In this document: piece by piece, positions 12,301-22,937 of the stretch
Numbering within the stretch: position 1 is the stretch's first letter
Layout: every line of letters starts with the position of its first letter
Virus record (IMG/VR): IMGVR_UViG_3300021961_000050
Coordinates: 24,225-88,224 of that record
Reading direction: 5' to 3' (one strand)
Length of the DNA: 64,000 bases
Source of the DNA: a virus
The notes under the pieces: generated by a model
What the model was told of the DNA's origin: nothing
Database searches by the model: none
The model's input: the letters and a program-made list of their open reading frames with translations, nothing else
Position numbers and translations under genes: made by a program

Positions 12301-15300
12301 TCAAAATTTAAATATAAATTCTTAGAACTTAGTTCAACTCTTTCAGGAGTTGACCCAACTGATCCTGTGGCCACTGTTGATTTGATTCTAACAGAAATTA
12401 ATAAAATTAAAAATGCAACTTTCCCTTGGTATTACAGTGACATGGTACCATATGGTCCATTAAAAACTATTGTAGCAGATGTTGGGTATACTATCTTTGA
12501 TCCATTGGTTAGATCATATGAAATTATTAATGTGTTTAATAATAGATTGTTAAGTAACCAGGCAATTTTAGTTTACCTCAATGGAGTTCAGTTAGTAATT
12601 GATAAGGACTATTACTTTAATCAAGATCGTCCTGCAGTTACAATAAATGAAACAGTGACTCTTGAAGTAGATGATATATTAACCATAGTTGAATATTCAA
12701 ACACTGACGGTAACTATATACCTGAAACACCAACCAAGTTAGGACTTTATCCTAAGTTTATTCCAGAAGTATTTGAAGATGATACCTATAGAACTCCAGT
12801 AATTGTGATTAGAGGGCACGACGGAAGTCTAACTCCTGCATTTGGTGATTATAGAGATGACGTATTATTAGAATTAGAAAAACGTATCTATAATAATATT
12901 AAAGTACCAATGCAACTCAGCTTTGAAGATATCTATAATGTACTGCCAGGTAGATTTAGAGACAATGATTATACTATCAATGAAGCAAACAGAATATTGT
13001 CTAAAGGATTTTTGAATTGGATTGGTAATAACAAAATTGATTTCTCAGAAAATGTAACATTCAAAAACAATGACGCATTTACTTGGAATTACTCAGGTGT
13101 GCCTGATAGATTAGATGGCAGTGACCTGCCAGGTAGTTGGAGAGCCTGTTATCAATATTTTTATGATACAGATGCACCAAATACACGTCCATGGGAAATG
13201 TTAGGATTTAGTATCAAACCAGACTGGTGGGAAGGTTATTATGGACCTGCACCTTACACTGGTGGTAATGCTTTATTATGGGAAGATCTTGAACAAGGTC
13301 GTATTGTAGACGGTGATCGTGCCGGTATTGATCCTTTATTTGCTAGACCTGGTCTTACTACTATTATTCCTGTAGATGCCAATGGTGGGCTAATACCACC
13401 AAGCAGTATCTTATGTAGAAATCTTAGAGCATCATCAGCTAGCAAGTCCTGGACAATAGGTGAACAAGGTCCTGCTGAAATTGCATGGCGCCGTTCAAGT
13501 GAATTTCCTTATGCTGTACAGATTGCTATGGCGTTGGCTAAACCAGGAAAATATTTTGGTCTAAACATTGACATTGACGACTATAGAAAAAATAATGAAT
13601 TAGGACAATTTATTAATAGTAATTCTCATCATATTAGACAAACTGATGTAAGTTACAACGGGTACTTAAATTCAGAAAATTCAATCTATAGAACTGCTAG
13701 TTATCTTAACTGGATAGCAGATCAATTAATTAATTTAGGTATAGATCCTTCTGCTAGATTATCATTGCTAGTTCAACGTTATCAAGTCCAATTAGCCTAT
13801 AAGATGGCAGGGTTCAGCGATCATAGATTCCTGCAGGTTCTAGCTGAGCAAAGTTCGCCATCAAGTACTAATGAAAGTATTGTTATACCAGATGAAAACT
13901 ATGATATTCATCTTTACAAATCAACACCAGTTGACAGGCTAGTCTACAGTGCTGTGATTGTTGAAAAAACAGACAGTGGATATACAGTAAAAGGTTATGA
14001 TGTATCTAATCCTTATTTTACTATCATCCCAAGTGTGGTTAATAGTAATGCTAGAAAAATTAAAGTTCTTGATAAAGAAGGTGTAGTATATCTAGACTAC
14101 CAACCAATTAAACTTACAGTGCCTTATGGCTATGAATTTAAAACACTTCAGCAGACTGTAGATTTCTTAATTAGTTACGAAAGATACTTAATGTCACAGG
14201 GTTTTACTTTTAACAAGATAGAAGAAGAGCTTGGTGAAATTAAAAACTGGAAATTGTCAGTCAAGGAATTGTTATTCTGGGCTCAACAAGGTTGGAATTC
14301 AGGTAGCATTCTAGTACTAAGTCCTATATCAAATTCTATTGCTGTTAGTACCATTGGGGCTATTGTTGACGAAGTGTCGGATAGGCAGTACGAGTCAAGA
14401 GTAGTTGACCAAAACTTTAAATTGATCAAACGTAACAAATATAATATCACACGTTCGCCTGAAGAGTTTACTCTAACTTTAACTGATGCAAATAGCATAG
14501 TAGGTTATATAGAATTAAATCTTGTTCAATATGAACACACTTTGATATTTGACAATTCTACAGTGTTCAATGACATTATTTACAAACCTGAATTAGGTAG
14601 TAGACAGTACCGTTTGAAACTTATTGGTCAAAAGACAGGTGATTGGAATGGTAGTATGTATGCTCCTGGCTTCATATATGGCAGTGCTGTAACACAGACA
14701 TGGAATTCAGGAAAAGACTATCTCAAAGGAGACATAGTCAAATATAAAGATCAATTATTTGTAGCATTGAATAATGTACCAGCAACTGCGGAATTTGATT
14801 TTACTAAATGGAAATTGTCTGACGCTGGGCAATTTAATAAAGGATTACTTACAAACTTTTCAAGTAACGCCACAAGATCAAAATCATATTATGATTCTAA
14901 AGGTTACTTCCAAGATCAAAATCAGTTACAGTACAGTCATGGTTTGATTGGTTTTAAACCCAGACAATATTTGTCAGACATTGGCTTAGATGAAAGTACA
15001 CAGATTGAATTCTATAAAGGCTATATCAAACAAAAAGGTACAGCAAACAGTATTGAAGCTTTGACTAATGCTCAGTTTAGTAATCTAGATAGTCAAATTA
15101 ATTTTTATGAAGAATGGGCTATACGTGTTGGAGAATATGGCGCATTGGATACTAACCCTTACATTGAAATTGTATTAGATGAAAAAGAGTTTGGGGTTAA
15201 TCCTGCTAGGGCAGAATTTTTAACAGCAGAAGATGCAGGTCTAGCAGATGGATTGACTAAGTTTAGTAAAACTGAACTATATAGAACTGCTGAAAGTTTC

Positions 15301-18300
15301 TCAGGATATATAGCACTTAACCGTACGGACGAAAGTGACTATGATAATGATATACCAACAGCTGGTTATGTTAATATTGATGATGTTGATACAACTATAT
15401 TTGATCTAACAAACTATCAAGAACTTAATAGTAAGATAGATGAAATAGGCACAGGTTATAGAATTTGGGTAGCAAAAAATTTCAGTCAAGAATGGGACGT
15501 TTTACGTGTTACAGAAACTGATAACAATGTTATTGGTGTAAAAAATGATCTAGACGGGTTCGTAACATTTACATTTGAACAACCACATGGTTTAGAAAAA
15601 GAAGAACTATTCTTCCTTAAACAATTTATAACAGAGTTTAATGGATTTTATCGTGCTTATAAGATTGTTGATCTTAACAGCATCATGGTTGAGTACGCAG
15701 GTGATACTACAAACCTAACATCAATTGATGGTCGCGGCTTATTGTTTAAATTAGATAGTATGCGATTTTCCTTTATGGAAGACAGTCGTGTGTACGGATT
15801 AACTAATCCAAAACACGGTTGGAAGATTGGTGATAAGATTTGGATTGATACTGACGCGGCAACTAGCCTTGTACAAGGTCAGCCCGTTAACACTGTACAA
15901 AATACTTGGAAAGTTTATGAAAAACAACACCCGTGGTCATTGAAATCAGGCATTTCTAAACCAGTTGGTTTGCAATCTAATGCAGATACCTACGGTAGTT
16001 CAGTTAGAATGAGTTATGATCTGTCTACTATTGCTGTGGGTGGAGAAACTGCATCTAGATATGACGTTATCACTGATACAACAACAGCAGGAGTTGGCGA
16101 GGTTAATCTATTTGTTAGAAACTATGACAACGAATATGAACACTCAGTGGTTATAAGTCCATCAACAGGTAATACATACGAGTTTGGATCATTTGTTGAC
16201 TTTGCTATTGATAGATTAGGTGTAGGTTCTCCAGGCAGTGAGTCAGATTTAGGTTTTGTACATATCTACAATAGACCTGAAGGGCAGGCTGGTTGGAATA
16301 TTGGTCAGGTTGTTGTAGGTAATGTTGCTTCTACAGGTGACAGATTTGGATCATCTATATCATTTGATGAATCAGGTCGTTGGTTATATGTTGGTGCTCC
16401 TGGCAATGATCTGGTCTATGTCTACGGATTAGATGAAACCATAGAACTTGAATCTGGAACGGTACTACCTGACGGTGTAGACGTTAATGTGGCAATACCA
16501 TTTACTCCACAGATCACAGACGATGCAGATTCACTATTAGTTAAAAATAAAAATACCACCTTTGTTCCAAACATTGACTATGTAGTCGATGGCGGTAATA
16601 TTCAATTTAATTTTGTTCCACCAGTAATTGAACTAGACATTATCCAACAACCTTACTATGTTTATGTTGACACACTTACGGGAAATGCAAGTAGTGAGTT
16701 TGGTTACTTTATGGATTCAAGTTTAGATGGTGCACAGTTAGGTATTGGTGTACCAAATGATCCAGTGACAGTTAACGAAACAGTTGATAAGATAAAACAT
16801 GGTAGAACATATACTATTGTGTCTAATGTAAGTACAGATTTTACCACAGTTGGTGCGGCCAACAATATAGTTGGTACAACCTTTGTTGCCAATACTACCA
16901 GTTTGGTTGGAGCATTCACAGGTGATGGAACAGTTTCTACAGTATATGCTGGTGCAGGGTCAGTACACGTTTATGATCGTGTAATTGAGGCATTTGATAG
17001 TACTGACAGCACTGACTATGTTGTTACAGGAACCATTGGTAGAATTTATAGAGTACTAGTTGATGACATAGAAGTTGATAGAAGTAGATATTCTATTGTT
17101 GGATCTAACACTGTTAGATTTATCACACCATTGGGTGTGGGCAAAGTTGTCTATGTAGAAACTAATGAATTTAATTTGCTTGAGCTATTAACTGGTACCA
17201 TAGTACAAGAAGGTGCAAGATTTGGAACAAGTCTAACAATCTGTTCTAACAACTGTGCGATCTATGTAGGTGCACCATATTATGACAATGGCTCATCATA
17301 TAACACAGGATCAGTGTTTAAATTCCATCACAGAGGAAGATTATATGGTACTAACACAGGTAGTATACAAGATCCTACCTTTGTACCAAACGACACAATA
17401 CGTTTAGATAACTTTGAAGTTAAAGTCAAACTTAGACTCAGTGAAACAGTCACAGTATCAGAAGGTGATTTTATCACACAGTCTAGTTCAGGTGCTAATG
17501 TTACTGTTACAGCAGACTCGCCTACTGGTGGTTCAGTAACAGTTTCAATATCTGATTATAACAATGCTAATGTGTTCACACTAGGATCTGGCGTGGTTTC
17601 AATCAATGGAACACCCACAACTGCTTATCCAAGAAGAACTACACTTGACGAATGGGTAGAAGATATCAACAGTGCTAACTTATTAGGTATCACTGCTGTT
17701 AACGAACACGGATACTTTAGATTAAACTCTGATAGAACTGTGGCTAAAAATTTATTAAGAACTCTGTCAGGCAGAAATGTAACAGGCAGTGATGGAGTAT
17801 ATGCTGATTCAGGTATGGCTGTATTTGCTGAAATGCAGATCATCTTAAGTACATTTAACACCCCAGGGGAATTCTTTGGTACCAATGTTATTCTAGCTCG
17901 CAACGCTTACATGTTGGTCATATCAACAGGCAAAGGTACAACTAAACGTTACATGACTTTTGATGTTAACGAAACAGTATTTGATGATGAATCCACAACA
18001 TTTACTGATCAAGTCAAAGGCGGCGGCAGTGTCTATATCTATGAGTTATACGATGATCCTAGAGACGCTGTAGAAGATCCAGGACGCTATGCCTATGCTC
18101 AACAGTTAGATCCAGAAGAACTTAATCCTGGTGATGAATTTGGTCATGCTATTGACATTGTGGGCAATTATATTATGGCCACAGCACCCAATGATGACAC
18201 CAATACATATTTAGAGCTATCAGGTAACATCACAGTAGCGGCAGGTGATGTTATCACTCAACCAACAGCTGGCCTTGATGAATTTACCGCTTACTACAGT

Positions 18301-21300
18301 GTTGAAGAAGGAAATCGTATAGGTATAATCAACTATAGTAGTCAACAGATACTAACTGGTTCGTCAGACACATTATATGTTAATGGTGTAGACAGTGGGG
18401 TTTATCCTACAGATATATCAGATAATACAGGTAAAGTCTATCTATTTGAAAATCTAACAGGTGGTCGTGGTTGGAAATTAATTAGTTATGAAACACCTAA
18501 GGTGGATATAGATTCTATCAATCGTATGTATATGTACGACAAGGTTTCAAATACTATTCTAGCTAACATGGAATTTATTGATCCTGTTAAAGGTAAAATA
18601 ATGGGTCAAGCTGAACAAGAAATTAGCTATAAAACAGAATATGACCCAGCTGTCTATAACATGGGCAGTAGAAGATACAATGGTGATTTACATTGGGGAG
18701 CAGAACAGGTTGGTCGTGTTTGGTGGAATCTGAACAAGGTTAGATTCTTAGATTATGAACAAGGTTCATTGACCTATAGAAGTATTAATTGGGGTCGTTT
18801 CTTCCCAGGATCAGTAATTGAAGTTGCTGAATGGGTTGAAAGTACAGTACCACCAAGTCAATATGATATTGTGGTTAACGATGGAACTCCATTGTATCCA
18901 GATGACAGTGCTTATGTTCGCACAATCTATGTAGATACATCTGGAGTTATTACTAACAAATATTATTATTGGGTAATTAACAAACCAAGTTTAGATAAAG
19001 TAAACTCAGACAGAAAATTACCAGTGACTACAATTAAAACCTTAATTGAAAATCCAAAAAGTTCTGGAGTACCTTATGCGGCTGTGATTCACAATCAAGC
19101 TCTGATAGTGTACAATGCGTCAAACTATCTATCAGCTTCGGATACAGTGTTACACGTTGATTATGAATTAATCAAAAATTCAAATATTATTCACAGTGAG
19201 TATGAGTTAGTACAGAAAAACAATGGACAAAGTAGAGTTGCTCCAAAAGTCATTGATAAGATGATTGACAGTCTTGCAGGACTTGATATTCTTGGTCGTG
19301 TGGTTCCTGATCCAAAACTTAGTGTTGCAGACAGATACGGTATCAGCGTAAGACCTAGACAGTCAATGTTCAAAGATAGATTTGAAGCCATGAAGAATTT
19401 AGTTGGCTACGTTAATAATATTTTTGCAAGTAATCCTATAGCAAAACAATATAGACTTGATAGACTATTAGATAAAGAAAAAGAACCAAACTTTAAATTA
19501 AATGAGTATAATCAACGAGTTGACTCTGATGAAGAATTAACTTACATAGACACAGAAGTATTAAATCCTGGGTATAAAGTTCTAGTTACCAGCAGTGTAC
19601 AAAATGATGGCCTATGGACATTAAATGAGCTCAGCGAAGATAAAGAATGGATTTTAGTTCGCATTCAAAGTTATGACACCACACTCTATTGGGAATATCA
19701 AGATTGGTATGCTAAAGGTTACGATCAAAATACCAAGACAACCTACGTTGCGGAATCTAACGTAGAAGCACTGAAATTATCATATGGTGTAGGTGACGTT
19801 ATTAGAATAGCTAACTCAGGCAACGGTGAATGGCAAATGGTTGTTGTTAATTCCAGCTCTGAGTTTGAATTAGTTGGTATACAAAATGGTACAATTAAAC
19901 TGTTAGACATTTTGGCAGACTTTACAGATACCAATCTTGGTTTTGGTAATTCAGGGTATGATCTTGGTCGCTATGCACAGAGCCCAAACATTGAAATTAG
20001 AAATATTCTAAATGCTCTACGTTACGATATTTTTACAGGTACACTAACAGACGAAACTAACAAGTTATTCTTTGTTATGATGAACTATGCTCTTAGTGAG
20101 CAGAAATATATTGATTGGATATTCAAAACCAGTTTTGTTAGTATAGCACATAGATTAAGAAATCTTGATCAGTTACCTAACTATATCAGAGATAATCAAA
20201 GTTATTATCAAGACTACATCAATGAAGTAAAACCTTATAAAACTAAGATTAGAGAATATCTTGTATCATATGACAGCTTTGATCAATTTGAAGGTTCAGT
20301 AACTGATTTTGATCTGCCAGCATATTATGACACACAAGACAGACTGTTTAGATCTCCAAGTGGAGAACAAGCAGAAAAAGATTCTCAACTTTGGCAACAA
20401 GATCAGTATTCACAATGGTATGGTAACAGAACACTGTTCATTGAAAGTATTCTTGTAGAAGATGGTGGAAGTGATTACACAGAAATACCTACAGTTACTA
20501 TTGTTGGTAATGGATCAGGAGCAGAAGCTCATGCAGTTATCAATGGTGATACTGGTGCTATTACCAGCATTGTTGTTGATAAGCCAGGAAGTGGATACAC
20601 ATTTACTCCTACTGTGATCATCAATGGTAATGGTACAGGAGCCAAGGCCTATGCAGTACTTAAAAATACTCAAGTACGAGGCATTTCAACCACAATGAAA
20701 TTTGATAGAATTACTTATTCATCAACTGTTCAGGAATGGGCTACAAATTCCTACTACAATGAAGGTGACATAGTAAGTTATCAAGGACAAGGATATCGTG
20801 TTCTGGCAAATATTACCACTGGATTAGTATTCACAAGCAGTGACTATGAATTATATTCATCTGAATTGTTTACTAATGCCAATGACCGTATTATGGCTTA
20901 CTATGACCCACAAAACGGTCAACCTGCCAAAGACTTAAAATTATTAGTTCCAGGGGTTGAATATCCTGGAGTTCAAGTTACAGGTCTTCCATTTACTAGA
21001 CAGCCTGGATTCAATGGATCAGCTCTGGCAAATTTAATAGTGAATTCAAGTGTAACAGTGGCCATTGGTGATGTGATTACTCAAACAGTACCTGATGTTG
21101 CTCTTTATCTATCTAGTTCTGTAAGTGTTACTGAGGGCGATTTCCTAACCCAAGGTAATGCTAATATCACAGTGTTAACTACTAGTTCAGATACCATGGA
21201 GATATTTGGTAATTACAACTCAGTTGTTGAGTTTGATGTAGAAGAAACAGCTAATGTATTCATTAATGGTGTAGAACAAGAAATTACTACATTTGATTAT

Positions 21301-22935
21301 TATTCTACAACTTGGAGTAATGTTGGTATTACTACTGCTAACATTATGACTCTGTCAGAACCAATGCTAACTGTTTCATCAGCATCTAGTGGACTAATAA
21401 TTGTTGGTATATTAGACAGCACTGCTGATTTTGAAACCGGTACTAATATTAAGATCAATGGATCTGAAGTAGCATCTGAATTTGTAGATATTGAATATAG
21501 ATCATTGATTACAGATACACCATACGATTCAACAACCTACGACGCTGTAGAATATGACGAAGATGGTAATCCAATTTTGTCTACTGCTACAGTAGATACT
21601 GTGATTAGAAGTACCTATGCCGACACAGCTTTGGGAACCCGTCCAGAAGATATTGATGTTGTAGGCGGAGCCTACGTAGACACATACTCAAGTCATGCAC
21701 CTGAAGAACTAATTCCGGGTGTAATGTTTGAAACACTTGATATGAAAATTTACACCAACCTAGCAAGTAGTGGAAATGTTGATATTGCTGGTTATAGAAT
21801 ATTCTACAACATGAGGGGTGAAGAAACATATCTAAGAATTTCTGATAGTTATACTACCATGTTAACACAGGAACTAGCATTAACAGACACAGTGATACAT
21901 GTTGGTGATGCATCTAAAATGCCAGCACCAAATCCAGCTGGTGCTATTCCTGGCGCAGTCTTTATCAATGGTGAGAGAATTACTTACTTTGTAAGAGATT
22001 TAACAAACAATACACTAGGTCAGATTAGAAGAGGCACTTGGGGAACAGGTGCTCCTGAACTACATCCATATGGTACTTACGTTGTTGATGGCGGACTTGA
22101 TCAAATAGTACCTGGTGTTGAAATTGGTAATGTAGAAATTACTGCTAATACATCATTGACAGCAACTACTACAAAAACACATAAATTTAGAGTTTTAGGA
22201 AATCTAACTGTTGATCCTGGAGACTTTATCACTGTGCCTGCTAGTGGATCTAATGTAATGGTTGTAGGTAAGAGTTTTGATGAAGAAGAAGTGATAGACA
22301 TTGTAAAAATTACAGAACCACCAACACTTGATGAATTTGCAACTGTTGAAATAGTACTCAGTGCTGAAACAACCATCTATGGACCAACGGCCTACTTTAC
22401 AGAAGAAACTACAGGTGCTAACGTATTGGTATTTAATCCAGGAAGTCGCACAGACACTTTCCAAGGAAAATATGCCCCATTGAACCCTACTGGTACAGAA
22501 TCATTGGTTGCCAATGTTGGTAATATATTAATCAACGGTGTAGATTCAGGACTAACTGCTGTCAGTGTAGACGAAATACCACCAGTTGGTTATGAAATTG
22601 AAGTTAATGGGTCTAGTTTATCATCCAATGTTTACGCTCTTGCAGTGTCATTGTCAGGTGACGTTGGAGTGCATCAAGTTAGAACTGATGGTGAAGTAAA
22701 TGTCTACGTTGGTAATGTTTTCCAAACTGCTAATGCCTTAAGTTGGTACAATGCTGGTGATGGGGTGTACACAACTACAGATGGTACAGGATTAGAAGGG
22801 TCAACAACAATGGCCGCTGAATTTATTAAGGAACAACCTGCAATCTTTAATCAAGGTCTGGTGTTAGAAAGAACGGTAAATATATTTGACAATCCATTGA
22901 TTACTGAAGACAGTGAGATAATTATTGAGGAATAG
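9388..22935 (+). CDS. Giant multidomain virion structural protein (4515 aa; baseplate wedge/adhesin-like, gp7 position)
   Basis: Follows gp6; contains FG-GAP/beta-propeller-like repeats (FGSSISFD...LYVGAP), two CBM5/12-like W...Y..GDIV.Y motifs, GSGY-type repeats typical of T4-like structural proteins. Confidence 0.65.
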   Translation: MAVRKTLNLLPGIFRTDTNEKFLSATIDQLVSEPNLTRVHGYIGRKFAPTYKKGDSYVTESSFNRQNYQLEPSIVVKDKEDNVEFFSSYIDLINQIKYYGGITNNHNRLFDNEYYTFDPHISLDKLINFTQYYWLPNGPDPVNVSTEGVDLTKTFTVTRDASTNQYIFDDNGTITNNITLARGGSYEFVLDQTGNPFWIQTELGVDGKLNSTPTISSRSVLGVTNNGADSGTVTFNVPQSNAQDRFIKMASVYNVDYATPLAYSELHNRYLSSFLEEYPQYAGITGNLDGKTLIFIDVETLINLGEPAWTAPTVINPDGNPEPTLDAGVIVPDADRYGVWKVVFSSGGINDPIIRLVPVQSVDINEKVFIRYGVLNANKEYYKDYDGFFHEVPLLSSTKNTLYIQDENDTEIYKSIKIVEPTGWSIDVDNDILGKKTYTSPNGIVFTSGLKIRFGTDVTPSTYADKEYYVENVGDSIRLVDVELMVTPETYLDELALNYPDEIFPDYITIVRGSIDLNAWSRNNRWFHQDIIIATAGYNNTPIELDQNARAKRPIVQFESNLKLLNYGTIGKRQINILDTTTADAFNELEGKTYTIAVGTELFDGMRILFAADNDPLVRDKIYVINLVQYEADPVTGLPTGDYHIKLTIADDGDADVNDSVVVTDGPYKGSQWWYDGNQWYEAQQKTGLNQAPLFDVFDLNDNSLTTYSRSTFAGSKIFGYKVNTANTADPILGFGLSYRSFTTQGDIEFTNFFDTDTFEYTNGQDVIVDSIAQGFLHKITGRETYLIKNVWQTVVEPSKQYQLIEFTYDEYNYPFVLDITPRAEQTTPNVKVFLNNQLLKSTQWTLSSNRELTLTPTLNAGDKIIVAVFSDQVSKLGHYEVPSNLNLNAQNIDLDTLTLGQMRNHLVALSENSKELDGNVLGASNLRDIELKAQGGNILQHSAPVPYSALFLLDKEANFVNSVRLAQQEYSKFKYKFLELSSTLSGVDPTDPVATVDLILTEINKIKNATFPWYYSDMVPYGPLKTIVADVGYTIFDPLVRSYEIINVFNNRLLSNQAILVYLNGVQLVIDKDYYFNQDRPAVTINETVTLEVDDILTIVEYSNTDGNYIPETPTKLGLYPKFIPEVFEDDTYRTPVIVIRGHDGSLTPAFGDYRDDVLLELEKRIYNNIKVPMQLSFEDIYNVLPGRFRDNDYTINEANRILSKGFLNWIGNNKIDFSENVTFKNNDAFTWNYSGVPDRLDGSDLPGSWRACYQYFYDTDAPNTRPWEMLGFSIKPDWWEGYYGPAPYTGGNALLWEDLEQGRIVDGDRAGIDPLFARPGLTTIIPVDANGGLIPPSSILCRNLRASSASKSWTIGEQGPAEIAWRRSSEFPYAVQIAMALAKPGKYFGLNIDIDDYRKNNELGQFINSNSHHIRQTDVSYNGYLNSENSIYRTASYLNWIADQLINLGIDPSARLSLLVQRYQVQLAYKMAGFSDHRFLQVLAEQSSPSSTNESIVIPDENYDIHLYKSTPVDRLVYSAVIVEKTDSGYTVKGYDVSNPYFTIIPSVVNSNARKIKVLDKEGVVYLDYQPIKLTVPYGYEFKTLQQTVDFLISYERYLMSQGFTFNKIEEELGEIKNWKLSVKELLFWAQQGWNSGSILVLSPISNSIAVSTIGAIVDEVSDRQYESRVVDQNFKLIKRNKYNITRSPEEFTLTLTDANSIVGYIELNLVQYEHTLIFDNSTVFNDIIYKPELGSRQYRLKLIGQKTGDWNGSMYAPGFIYGSAVTQTWNSGKDYLKGDIVKYKDQLFVALNNVPATAEFDFTKWKLSDAGQFNKGLLTNFSSNATRSKSYYDSKGYFQDQNQLQYSHGLIGFKPRQYLSDIGLDESTQIEFYKGYIKQKGTANSIEALTNAQFSNLDSQINFYEEWAIRVGEYGALDTNPYIEIVLDEKEFGVNPARAEFLTAEDAGLADGLTKFSKTELYRTAESFSGYIALNRTDESDYDNDIPTAGYVNIDDVDTTIFDLTNYQELNSKIDEIGTGYRIWVAKNFSQEWDVLRVTETDNNVIGVKNDLDGFVTFTFEQPHGLEKEELFFLKQFITEFNGFYRAYKIVDLNSIMVEYAGDTTNLTSIDGRGLLFKLDSMRFSFMEDSRVYGLTNPKHGWKIGDKIWIDTDAATSLVQGQPVNTVQNTWKVYEKQHPWSLKSGISKPVGLQSNADTYGSSVRMSYDLSTIAVGGETASRYDVITDTTTAGVGEVNLFVRNYDNEYEHSVVISPSTGNTYEFGSFVDFAIDRLGVGSPGSESDLGFVHIYNRPEGQAGWNIGQVVVGNVASTGDRFGSSISFDESGRWLYVGAPGNDLVYVYGLDETIELESGTVLPDGVDVNVAIPFTPQITDDADSLLVKNKNTTFVPNIDYVVDGGNIQFNFVPPVIELDIIQQPYYVYVDTLTGNASSEFGYFMDSSLDGAQLGIGVPNDPVTVNETVDKIKHGRTYTIVSNVSTDFTTVGAANNIVGTTFVANTTSLVGAFTGDGTVSTVYAGAGSVHVYDRVIEAFDSTDSTDYVVTGTIGRIYRVLVDDIEVDRSRYSIVGSNTVRFITPLGVGKVVYVETNEFNLLELLTGTIVQEGARFGTSLTICSNNCAIYVGAPYYDNGSSYNTGSVFKFHHRGRLYGTNTGSIQDPTFVPNDTIRLDNFEVKVKLRLSETVTVSEGDFITQSSSGANVTVTADSPTGGSVTVSISDYNNANVFTLGSGVVSINGTPTTAYPRRTTLDEWVEDINSANLLGITAVNEHGYFRLNSDRTVAKNLLRTLSGRNVTGSDGVYADSGMAVFAEMQIILSTFNTPGEFFGTNVILARNAYMLVISTGKGTTKRYMTFDVNETVFDDESTTFTDQVKGGGSVYIYELYDDPRDAVEDPGRYAYAQQLDPEELNPGDEFGHAIDIVGNYIMATAPNDDTNTYLELSGNITVAAGDVITQPTAGLDEFTAYYSVEEGNRIGIINYSSQQILTGSSDTLYVNGVDSGVYPTDISDNTGKVYLFENLTGGRGWKLISYETPKVDIDSINRMYMYDKVSNTILANMEFIDPVKGKIMGQAEQEISYKTEYDPAVYNMGSRRYNGDLHWGAEQVGRVWWNLNKVRFLDYEQGSLTYRSINWGRFFPGSVIEVAEWVESTVPPSQYDIVVNDGTPLYPDDSAYVRTIYVDTSGVITNKYYYWVINKPSLDKVNSDRKLPVTTIKTLIENPKSSGVPYAAVIHNQALIVYNASNYLSASDTVLHVDYELIKNSNIIHSEYELVQKNNGQSRVAPKVIDKMIDSLAGLDILGRVVPDPKLSVADRYGISVRPRQSMFKDRFEAMKNLVGYVNNIFASNPIAKQYRLDRLLDKEKEPNFKLNEYNQRVDSDEELTYIDTEVLNPGYKVLVTSSVQNDGLWTLNELSEDKEWILVRIQSYDTTLYWEYQDWYAKGYDQNTKTTYVAESNVEALKLSYGVGDVIRIANSGNGEWQMVVVNSSSEFELVGIQNGTIKLLDILADFTDTNLGFGNSGYDLGRYAQSPNIEIRNILNALRYDIFTGTLTDETNKLFFVMMNYALSEQKYIDWIFKTSFVSIAHRLRNLDQLPNYIRDNQSYYQDYINEVKPYKTKIREYLVSYDSFDQFEGSVTDFDLPAYYDTQDRLFRSPSGEQAEKDSQLWQQDQYSQWYGNRTLFIESILVEDGGSDYTEIPTVTIVGNGSGAEAHAVINGDTGAITSIVVDKPGSGYTFTPTVIINGNGTGAKAYAVLKNTQVRGISTTMKFDRITYSSTVQEWATNSYYNEGDIVSYQGQGYRVLANITTGLVFTSSDYELYSSELFTNANDRIMAYYDPQNGQPAKDLKLLVPGVEYPGVQVTGLPFTRQPGFNGSALANLIVNSSVTVAIGDVITQTVPDVALYLSSSVSVTEGDFLTQGNANITVLTTSSDTMEIFGNYNSVVEFDVEETANVFINGVEQEITTFDYYSTTWSNVGITTANIMTLSEPMLTVSSASSGLIIVGILDSTADFETGTNIKINGSEVASEFVDIEYRSLITDTPYDSTTYDAVEYDEDGNPILSTATVDTVIRSTYADTALGTRPEDIDVVGGAYVDTYSSHAPEELIPGVMFETLDMKIYTNLASSGNVDIAGYRIFYNMRGEETYLRISDSYTTMLTQELALTDTVIHVGDASKMPAPNPAGAIPGAVFINGERITYFVRDLTNNTLGQIRRGTWGTGAPELHPYGTYVVDGGLDQIVPGVEIGNVEITANTSLTATTTKTHKFRVLGNLTVDPGDFITVPASGSNVMVVGKSFDEEEVIDIVKITEPPTLDEFATVEIVLSAETTIYGPTAYFTEETTGANVLVFNPGSRTDTFQGKYAPLNPTGTESLVANVGNILINGVDSGLTAVSVDEIPPVGYEIEVNGSSLSSNVYALAVSLSGDVGVHQVRTDGEVNVYVGNVFQTANALSWYNAGDGVYTTTDGTGLEGSTTMAAEFIKEQPAIFNQGLVLERTVNIFDNPLITEDSEIIIEE

Positions 22936-22937
22936 AA

